Of a stretch of DNA of 64,000 bases, positions 55,520 to 64,000 are shown in pieces (position 1 is the stretch's first letter; each line of letters starts with the position of its first letter). Made by a program: the position numbers and the translations under genes. This DNA is from Dicyema japonicum. Its lineage: Eukaryota > Animalia > Dicyemida. A model generated the notes under the pieces. It was not told the DNA's origin, did not search any database, and saw nothing but the letters and a program-made list of their open reading frames with translations. Where the stretch lies: the NCBI GenBank assembly GCA_011109175.1, contig RDEW01000069.1:40184-104183 (forward strand), written 5' to 3'.

Positions 55520-56212
55520 CTTAGGGGAGAGCGGCTGCTGACATTACGGAGTAAGCGTTCAGCGGACAACTGCGATCCCAATTTGTTGCCTCAGCCAGAC
55601 CGCTTTCCCGCACGCATTTCTTGCGATTTTCCCTCAGTGAACGGAAAGATTGTTAACTCATCCAATCCCATGGGCTCCAGTACTGCCGGGAAGCGTGCAA
55701 CTTAAAGAGCAAGCATGACAATGTTGTTCATAACAGCGTGGCGAGGTGCTCTGCTTGCATTCCTTTTGCACGAAAGCGGATGCAGCCCTTTGGTATCTAC
55801 GATCCCTGCACAACGACATTGGTGTTCGACGCAAGCATCAACTCCCAGGCGCTGTACGATTCCAATTCGAATACAGTCATCGTCCAAAAGGGTTCCCAGG
55901 GTGTAATAAGGGACTGCATCCAGCTATGCTCCGCTCCCATATTCTTGGAGTAGATATCATCCCAGTCACGTTGCCTCGAAGGATCGTACAACATATCCAA
56001 ACCAGTTTGACACCATTCACGGCGAGCTTTGTCAAAAACTATTTCCCAAGAAAGTCCGGTTGGAAAACTTAGGATATCTTTGACCAAAAGGCTTCCACTT
56101 GAGAGCGATGACACATATGGTGGAAAGGCGATCTCCAGCGCCGACCTGAGACCCGTACCTCTGAGGCGTTTAGGAAGCTTGCATTGATTCCATCTCGGCA
56201 CGTCAAATATAA
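55520..56212 (-). mobile_element. CRE-like RLE element, 5'-truncated, closely related to the 41545-42745 copy (small extra fragment at about 55100-55215)
   Basis: WNQCKLPKRLRGTGLRSALEIAFP, MDDDCIRIGIVQRLG..HQCRCAG..HPLSCKR..PRH. Confidence 0.87.
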
Positions 56213-56411
56213 ATTTCAGTCCTCTTTCTAACCATGTGGTATGTACAATAAAAACAAAATAAATTAATCCGAATTTTTTAATAAATGTCTTTCGGATTGC
56301 GGATATAAAGTTTCGGTTTATTGAAGCCTGTTTGTATGGAATCTTTGTAAAATTTTGCTGACTCATCAAAAAATTCGGATTATTGAAGTTCGGATTAATG
56401 AGGGTTTACTG
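56213..56411 (-). mobile_element. 5' end (TIR plus first codons) of the same Tigger family as 42751-43896
   Basis: TIR CAGTAAACCCTCATTAATCCGAAC with flanking TA; shares AAATTTCAGTCCTCTTTCTAACCAT with 43872-43896. Confidence 0.75.
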
Positions 56412-58589
56412 TATATTATTTTGTAATTTATAAGAATTAAACTTGACAGCATCATCATGACTAACACAGATTTTTATGACAGAACAGTTAACCCAAAACG
56501 ATGGCTATTAAAAACATTACCCTCATTATAAAGGTAACTCTTAGTGTCTGCAAATTCTAAAAACATAAATTTTGACTTTTATTACTAGGCAAGTTGTTTC
56601 GAACACTTAAATTTTATTAGTGCTAATAACTCTTATACTTAGCACTTATAAAATTCTTAATATCCGTCTTGTCATTTTCAAAATATAGTCCTTGAAAATG
56701 AGATTAATTGAGTGATCTTATATTTTTATGAGAGTAATTATACTTTGCATGCAAATTCAGAAGGAATATTGAATGTTTTAAACATTTCTAGATGCAATCA
56801 TTAACTGGTGAAGAATAATGTTAGCTTTCACAGAAGCTTTTGTGATCGATTCTTTAACTGAAGCTAGTTCAGTTGTTTCAGTTAAAGTAGTTTGTACTAA
56901 AATTGTTTCTGCATATTTATTCTTATATTACTCTAATGATTTTAGGTTGAATAATGCGAGTCGACCAAAATAGATTCCTCTCATTAGTAATGAATAATTC
57001 ATCTTTGAATTCAGAGCTTTATAACAGTGAATTGTTCAGTTTTGGCATAACAAGATGACATTTCAACTAACGTAGAAAATAATTTTATTATTATTTATGG
57101 TTGACACTCATAAAGAAAAATAAAAAATAGCACTATAACATTGAAAGGGTTCTTGACTTAAACCTCACCTTAGGCAGAACTAATTTTATTTTAAAAAGTA
57201 AGAACAAAAATGTTAATTAATCCAAGGCATATCCAATACATTGAGAGAGTTCTTGAATTTTAGTTCTTTTCTTTTTGTCATATGTGAATTTCAGAAGACA
57301 ATCTAGTTCCACAGTGTTTGAACACTGATGACGGCGTCACCCATCAACCCAATAATAAGATAAAATGAAAACAAGTTCTAGCATCATAGCACTTAAATTT
57401 CCCTATTTATTACTAAAATTAAAAAAATCCTTTAAGTTGAGTATTACGTGAGGTATACTATTGTGGCCTATTTAATTACTTCTTTACTATAATTTTTATT
57501 CACAGAAATAGCATTTTACGTGATTCATTGACTTTGCTAATGGTATTCTATTTCTAAGAAAAAATTAGTAACCACAGGAGTCGACCACTAAGTTGCAAAT
57601 TATCGGATATCACTTCATTCTTAACAGAAAAGCTTCATAATTGTAATCTTCACTAGTGGAGTTAGTCAGGGAAAAGGTAGAAGGATCCCTTTCAAAAGAA
57701 GGACGTGTCGCGAGTTTATTCCGGTTGTCGAAAATTGAACTAGACAACTTTAATTATACGTTATCGAAGACGTACAACGAATACAAGTCGTCCTCATTGA
57801 TATTAATTGGCGATTCGAAAATTGGGTAAAAATAACCTATGAATATCATTTTTGTTCCACTTTAGGAATAACTTTACTTTGGGGATCTATCCCACGGGGT
57901 CCTTAATTCGATACCGTCGTCCTCATTGATATTAATTGGCGATTCGAAAATTGGGTAAAAATAACCTATGAATATCATTTTTGTTCCACTTTAGGAATAA
58001 CTTTACTTTGGGGATCTATCCCACGGGGTCCTTAATTTGATACCGATGAATCAAATTTACCCCATTCTGAAGAAAAATTTTGACCTCTTTAGCCTGGAGA
58101 CAAATCCATTCTTGGTCCTTACTATGGTTATTTCATTTTAGGACGATGTATAGACGGACAGATAAATACGCAAGTAAAGACGGTAATCCTCATTGGGAGT
58201 GTTGAAACTTCCATGAGTATAATTGTTTATAAAACCTATTCTGTGAATGATAAAATATTCAATGACAATACAAGACTAAGAAGAATTGACATAATCTCGA
58301 ACAATCCTTATTGTTTGATATTCTAATTTAATATGTGACATTTAAAGATATTTCAACTTTTATTTTAATGAAGAATGCATATTTTTTAATCATTAAAATT
58401 TCAATCAATTTGAATAATATCTAAATTATATACCATTCGCATGTCTCTCACATTTGACAGTGCAATAGCCATGAGTAGTTCTTATTAAAAAATCCCATAC
58501 ATAGAGCATCTGAAAAAAATTTACCAAGGTCAAGGGTCATGTTAACGATTTTTAATACAATTACTAATTATAACCTTACTAGTGACAGC

Positions 58590-58750
58590 TCCCCCACTCC
58601 ACTGGAGGGGTTTCCACAACTGCACGTATGGACGTCTTTTTCCTTTTATGTTTATTTTGGATGGACTGTGTTTCTGTAAAAGTGAAAACTGGATACACTT
58701 AATTAGTTGTTTACTTTAACTTTTTTCTCGGTGTTAATAAATAAATTAAT
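58590..58750 (+). mobile_element. Short LINE 3'-end copy (partner of 49440-49640)
   Basis: High identity to about 49470-49640; ends in TAAATAAATTAA. Confidence 0.65.
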
Positions 58751-58789
58751 TAAATGACAAAAGTTAGGAGTTAGTCGGAAGAGTAAAAT

Positions 58790-58910
58790 ATCTATAGGGA
58801 CGATAAAAAGGGCGATACAAAAATGGTGAGCAACATTGGTCTACAGCGATCTCCAAAAAAGTATTCAATCTGTTGTGTTAAAAAAAACTTTGAAAACGTG
58901 TTTTGAACAA
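58790..58910 (+). mobile_element. Small R4/Dong-like C-terminal fragment
   Basis: SIQSVVLKKTLK matches YIQSVVLKRTLE of the 52640 element. Confidence 0.5.
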
Positions 58911-59344
58911 AATCATTGAATTCAAAACTTCGTTAGGAATCACTGCATATAACCTCATTTTGAACTGTAAGTTCAATTTGGTTGTCTAGTCCAAGGAGAG
59001 AATAGAATAGGCCAAGTAGATTATTTTTATAAAGTCTGTGATATAATTATTTAAATAGTTAACCGTAAACTTATACAATATAGAATCTCAACAAAGTCCT
59101 AGATCGATCGGGGTATTCCTTTTAGACTAATCAACTCTTCTGCAGAAATATCGATTGGTAAATGATTTTAGTAACATCACCGTCACCCGAAAGTCTCATT
59201 TCTTTCAGAAACCACCATCACTTCTTTTTGTTCGATCAGCAAGCATAGATTATAGATAAATAATACAGCGTGAGTTTTGGCTTGCCAGAAAACCAGTGAA
59301 TAAAACACCTTAATCCCATTAAAATAGAAGATTAAGATTGGTTT

Positions 59345-59500
59345 GTTTTTCATGTTCTATTTATTTTAAATCTCCAAAACCACCAAGAAAGAAAGGTTAA
59401 CTCACTAATTAGGTGATCACAAACTACAAGATCTCACGGATTCTCCGACCCAACTGCCTTCCGGAAGTGTTTTAATTTGTGTCTGCAGAGGAATTCTATC
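59345..59500 (-). mobile_element. 3' end of I/Jockey-group-like LINE
   Basis: GTGATCACCTAA, then CTTGGTGGTTTTGGAGATTTAAAATAAAT on the minus strand. Confidence 0.6.
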
Positions 59501-59695
59501 GGAGTACACTTCTTTATGGTCGATCTGATTTCCTCTGTTTTTCATTCTTTGTGTGAGAAAACCTGAAATTATTTAAAATTATTTTGGTTATAATATAAAA
59601 AAATAAAAAAATAAATATTTAAAACACTTATTAAAATATAGTAAAATGATTTAAACTTGTGTCAATTAGTGTAGTTAACATACAATACGTCAATT

Positions 59696-62600
59696 ATGCC
59701 AAAATCCAATTACTTGAAGGAACAATCTCTGACCTTCTCACTCGCCATTCCCGTTAACAGTCCTTCCATTGTTAATATTGTTTGTGGATGTGTTCTACCT
59801 TCAGGCTATATAGTCTTGTGCTCTACAAACGGGTCAATTTTTGTTTGTGGTCCTCAAACAAACACTTGTCACCTAATTTTTGCGCTTTATGGACATTCTT
59901 CCACAATTCTGCTCGTCTCGGGTGGGCCTTCAATAGTCGGAAAGGACTGTTTCCTTACTTTCTCAAGGGATCGTCGACTGATTTCCTGGTCCATCACCCA
60001 AAACTCCGTGAAATGTCTTCAAAATTCAGTTCAACCTTTGGATCATCGAAAATTAATTTTTACTGACATTAAATTAACGGATTCCTTAATTTCCGATGAC
60101 ACGCTCATTATCTGCCACGGATTGTATTCCTTTATTGTGGGAATGAGTTTCAAGACTTTTCACGTGCTCTTTCTACTCCCAGTCGAGGACTCTGTAAATT
60201 TTTTAAAGTCTTGCGATTTATTTGTGGATTCTTCTGGTCTCATGATTATGACAGCGACTGAGAGGATGCTGTGGGTGTGGACTTTTACTGACCTTAATGC
60301 GAAACCTGTTGAATTTTACTCAAATATTGATGATTTCGGAGGTTTTTCCGTCAACTTCATCTCTCAAAAATCGACCCCTTACATTCTTTTGTCTTCCAAT
60401 GCGTATTCCGCCGTGTTCGAAGACGGAGATGAGATTTACCGGTTCGAAACCAGGTCTGATCTTGGATATCTTGTCGAATCAAGGGTTTTTCTCGAATTTC
60501 ACCTGGTACTCTTATACGAGGACGGAATGGTTCTCCTGTTTAGCATGGATATTGAGAGGAGAGATGTTGAATTTGTTAAGTCCCGTAAATTATTCGGCAA
60601 ACCTGTATTTTGTGACCGAAATTTGTGTTTTTTCGCAGATTCTGAGATTTATTTCGCTGACCTGTATTCCCTGGAAGTTGTCAAAACAATTGAAATTGAC
60701 CACACAACATGTCAGAGGAACACCTCATTTTCCCCCTTTTTTGTTTCCTGTCTTATTTACTACTCTGCTATGGATTTTATAATTTGTGGGGGAAACGACG
60801 GTTCTATTCGTTGTTATCGGGGATTTTTATTGCTTATTGAATCTACTGTGGAGGAACATGTTTTCTTTTTCGCTGCCCACGTGGGATCAGTTACCGCTCT
60901 TTTGACCCCTCGAAGACATGAAAAAGACGTGAATATTCTGTACAGTGGGGGGGAAGATATGTCAGTGGCTGTTCACGATTTGGTAGAGCAGACGTTTCTG
61001 CGCCGATTCCACGCCAATGGAGGCAGTATTGTCTCTCTATCCTTCCCAGAGTTCACAGAGACGTACTGTCTTTTCCACAATGTTGTCTGTTCTTTGGGGG
61101 ACGACTGTTCACTGGCTCTGTTTAGACTGGATAAGTGTATTTTCTCTGTGTTTCATTCCACACCCGTTAAATGTGTTTATTTTAACCCAGACGTTGAGTA
61201 TTTGTACGTTCTTTGTGAGAACGGTTTGCTGTATATTTGGAATGCACGTGGTGGTTACCTCTCTAATACGTTTTCGGACTGGAAGGTCATCAAAATCCTC
61301 ATTTCTTCTTTACCACGTTTTTATACCGACTGTGATTCCGGGTTCTGTGCTGATTCCTTCCCAGAGGAAAGTCAATTTGCCCTGACAACATGTGATGAGG
61401 TTGGCTTTGAGGAAGTAAAGACGACTGGAGTATTAAAGTCACCTTCTATGATCTTTCCTCTCCGTATTAGAGCACTCCATAACTCTGAGAAATGTATCGA
61501 CTGGATTGTGGTCACTTTTGATGTCGACCTCCTTGTTCTCCTTATGCACCGAAGAGTGGGGATTTATAACGTCCCGGAATGCCTTAGTCCACGTGGCATT
61601 TGTGAGACTCTCCTTTATTTGCTCAAGAGTGATGTACCTAACTCTATCTGCTATCAAACAGGATTGGAGACACTTTGTATTGTCGTCTCTTGTAACATTT
61701 CTCTGCTTGATCCCGTAATGAGATGTGCTATGTTTGTGATTCGGTCAACAGTCGCTGATTTGACGGAGAACGATAACTTTGATAGTTTTACTCATGATTT
61801 TGTGGGAGAAGCTTTTTTTGAATGTCTGGAACTGCTGGTTTATTTGGAACAGCACTTCTCGGTCGTTGTTCGCACAATTTCCGAGACTTTACTGAGACAC
61901 CTTCTCTTAAATGACGCAGAAACTGCCCTGAAGCACATGTCAGAGAAATATTTGTCAGATTTATCTGAGGGAAATGGAATATTTTTTGGTTTTACACTCG
62001 CAAACTGTCCTCAAGAGTTGCTGAGTTCTTTGTTGGCAAGTGAATGCTTCCAGGAAAGTGTAATTCAGTTTAGTCAGCAGTTGTGGATTGTCTTGGATGA
62101 TGCAAAGAGCTCATTTCACGTTCAATCTGCTTTAAATATTGTCGGGAAATGCTTCAGTGTGGTTGAGTCATACATTCCCGTTCAGTACCTCATCATAAAA
62201 ATGATAAAAATTGCTGACTGTGCTGAATTTGAAGATTTTCCACATGTCGGGGACCAAAACCCGTCTGACCGTGAACGGTTCTACGCCATGTCATCTCTCA
62301 TGAAGATCATTTCTAACCACCCTTTCATGTTTGTGACCACTATCACTCGGGAAATCAAGAAAGGAGATTATGTGGTGGAGAAATTTTTTCCAGTCATCAG
62401 ACTTTTGGTGAACTCCTCACCCTTCTCTTTAATATGGGGGAAAAAAGAGATTATCAATGATTTCATAAACATTGTGAGTGTTGTGTCTGTTCATTACAAA
62501 GACTACCATTTTTATGACTTGTTCCCAAACTTTCGCGACTTTTCTCAAATTGCATGGAATGAAAAATTCAAAATCGTGGCAGTTGCCTTGGTCACTGGTA

Positions 62601-62908
62601 AGATTATATTTTTTGATTTGAAAAAGAATAAAATATATTCAATAAAATATCACCAAAAGTGTTGTGATTTTGTTAAATTTTCTCCAAGTTGTGTATTATT
62701 TGCTTCTGTTTCAAAAGAAGAGGGAAAACTCGGAATATGGCGGTTGGAGAATTTTTATACAATCTTGTCTTCTCCCGTCTTACGTCTGGTGATGGGCTCC
62801 AAACTTGAAAAAATTAATGTCGTTGGCCTTGAGTGGAGGAGTAATACTTGTGTTTCTGTTAGTTTTTTAAATGACGATGATGTGTGTTTTGATACTGCAA
62901 ATAAATGA
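59696..62908 (+). CDS. WDR7: WD40-repeat protein WDR7/rabconnectin-3 beta-like (WDR7/WDR72 family), single 1070-aa ORF
   Basis: GGNDGSI; AHVGSVTALL.P..LYSGGED.SV..D..F..GG.I..L.FP..VCSLGDD.S..L..C..H..P...P..YL.V.C..G..YIW; ISNHPFMFVTTITREI; C-terminal VAVA..GKI..FDL...H..V.FSP...AS.S. Confidence 0.82.
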   Translation: MPKSNYLKEQSLTFSLAIPVNSPSIVNIVCGCVLPSGYIVLCSTNGSIFVCGPQTNTCHLIFALYGHSSTILLVSGGPSIVGKDCFLTFSRDRRLISWSITQNSVKCLQNSVQPLDHRKLIFTDIKLTDSLISDDTLIICHGLYSFIVGMSFKTFHVLFLLPVEDSVNFLKSCDLFVDSSGLMIMTATERMLWVWTFTDLNAKPVEFYSNIDDFGGFSVNFISQKSTPYILLSSNAYSAVFEDGDEIYRFETRSDLGYLVESRVFLEFHLVLLYEDGMVLLFSMDIERRDVEFVKSRKLFGKPVFCDRNLCFFADSEIYFADLYSLEVVKTIEIDHTTCQRNTSFSPFFVSCLIYYSAMDFIICGGNDGSIRCYRGFLLLIESTVEEHVFFFAAHVGSVTALLTPRRHEKDVNILYSGGEDMSVAVHDLVEQTFLRRFHANGGSIVSLSFPEFTETYCLFHNVVCSLGDDCSLALFRLDKCIFSVFHSTPVKCVYFNPDVEYLYVLCENGLLYIWNARGGYLSNTFSDWKVIKILISSLPRFYTDCDSGFCADSFPEESQFALTTCDEVGFEEVKTTGVLKSPSMIFPLRIRALHNSEKCIDWIVVTFDVDLLVLLMHRRVGIYNVPECLSPRGICETLLYLLKSDVPNSICYQTGLETLCIVVSCNISLLDPVMRCAMFVIRSTVADLTENDNFDSFTHDFVGEAFFECLELLVYLEQHFSVVVRTISETLLRHLLLNDAETALKHMSEKYLSDLSEGNGIFFGFTLANCPQELLSSLLASECFQESVIQFSQQLWIVLDDAKSSFHVQSALNIVGKCFSVVESYIPVQYLIIKMIKIADCAEFEDFPHVGDQNPSDRERFYAMSSLMKIISNHPFMFVTTITREIKKGDYVVEKFFPVIRLLVNSSPFSLIWGKKEIINDFINIVSVVSVHYKDYHFYDLFPNFRDFSQIAWNEKFKIVAVALVTGKIIFFDLKKNKIYSIKYHQKCCDFVKFSPSCVLFASVSKEEGKLGIWRLENFYTILSSPVLRLVMGSKLEKINVVGLEWRSNTCVSVSFLNDDDVCFDTANK

Positions 62909-63139
62909 TTTTTATTGAATGTCCTCCTAACTCGGTGCCGTTTTTGTCTTTCGTCGACGCAAAAGACCAATGTTGATTCTTGCATGTAGATTAATTAGTT
63001 GGCATTATTTTGAATAATGTAACAAATGTTTTGAAATACAGTCTGGTCTAATTACACTATTTCAGTCTAGTAAAAATTAATCACTTAATATTGATTATTA
63101 CTCCACCTCCATTACTGATGCAGCCCTCAATATATAACG

Positions 63140-64000
63140 GAGATCAACTAGAGAAGCCACCCGGTCTCATGTGCGTCTCGGCTTTTTAGTGTAGCTTGGC
63201 GTCTAAGTTTCTTTAGGAAACGAAACGATTTTCCACTTATTCTTCCAGTTGTCTCGATCACAATGGGATAGAAAGTGAACCGATCGTGCAATGCTTCATA
63301 TTTTTTCTCTTTTGCTTTCATTGTTTTTTTCATCATATAGTGAGTCTACCGCGCTCCCACAATGTTGGATTGGCAAAGTTGGTCGACACAGGTAGCATCC
63401 CAGACCGAAGGTTTCCCCTCTTCGAATGGGAAAATTGTGATCCCGTCAGGACGTTTACCGTCTTTTCTGTCCAAGCCAACAGGTTCAAGTATGTCGGGGT
63501 ATCTCGCTTGACAATTCCGTTGATCGCCTTATGTCTTGAGAATCGTATTGCACTTCTTAGACAAGAAAGGGCATGGTGTCCATAACAGTCGACGGTAGCG
63601 CCTACATTTGTGAGTCCGGCAAATCTCCAGTCTAAGTCTGTTGGAGGTTCCGATTTCACATCTTCCAGTGACTGGACAGGCACGTCTGTGTTGATTTGAT
63701 TGGTTCAGAAGTTTCTCATATTTATCTCCGCAGATGGTCCTGTAACGTTTTTTCTGCTCAGGCATCATACCTTTCAAATGCTCCATATCTGTGATTTCAA
63801 ATGATTATGTTTGGAGTTGAAGAATCATCCTGATCAACAGTCGGCTGGAGCCCAAAGAGGACAGATACGGGGGCAAGCCAGATCTTTCGGTAAAGAGATT
63901 CCCAATCAGCCCAGGGTAACGGGAAAGGTCGCTTGGTCCCACCCTCGGTAGTCAAATTTCACATTGGTGATGTTAATAGTGGTCCGGACGAGGGAATCGA
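63140..64000 (-). mobile_element. CRE-like RLE element running off the window end
   Basis: WDQATFPV.LG*LGI, DLA.P.YLSS, VDCYGHHALSCLRSAIRFSRH, KKYEALHDRFTFYPIVIETTG. Confidence 0.85.

Noticed and set aside
57660-58320. LILIGDSKIG followed later by TVILIGS, reminiscent of a small GTPase
   Set aside because: The P-loop lacks GK[S/T] (stop follows G), no DxxG or NKxD motif, and the region overlaps a suspect duplication.

Overview
AT-rich eukaryotic nuclear DNA from a scaffolded draft assembly (N gaps at 33387-33409 and 50790-51638; single n at 34890, 37908, 40195, 40444). No prokaryotic features, CRISPR, rRNA or tRNA were recognised. By hand translation and splicing I reconstruct nine host genes: reticulon-like, TCP1/CCT-alpha, a small RING-HC protein, UBA2, POLE4-like, LARP4-like La/RRM protein, PABPN1, AFG3L2 and WDR7, plus a PHD-finger ORF running off the left end. 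The proteins look animal-like but are very divergent. The genes are packed with tiny GT-AG introns: of 47 introns I could place, 45 are 20-27 nt (mode 23) and two are 47 and 81 nt. This points (inference) to a highly reduced metazoan parasite (dicyemid/myxozoan/orthonectid-like); I cannot identify the taxon from this window. Roughly 45% of the window by my hand annotation is decayed transposable elements, all intergenic: RTE-clade LINEs, an I/Jockey-group-like APE-RT LINE family, about ten CRE-like RLE retroelements, an R4/Dong-like RLE element, hAT, Tigger/pogo and IS630/Tc1 remnants. Best leads: the apparently length-defined micro-intron system with degenerate donors and stop-enriched 3n introns, an intron-free 3.2-kb WDR7, a 54-nt gene spacer, an ATG-only first exon, a retroelement resembling microsporidian elements, and an exact 24-nt copy of a TCP1 exon/intron junction. 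TE boundaries are approximate (about +/-50 nt). All homology calls come from motif recognition and memory, not database searches.
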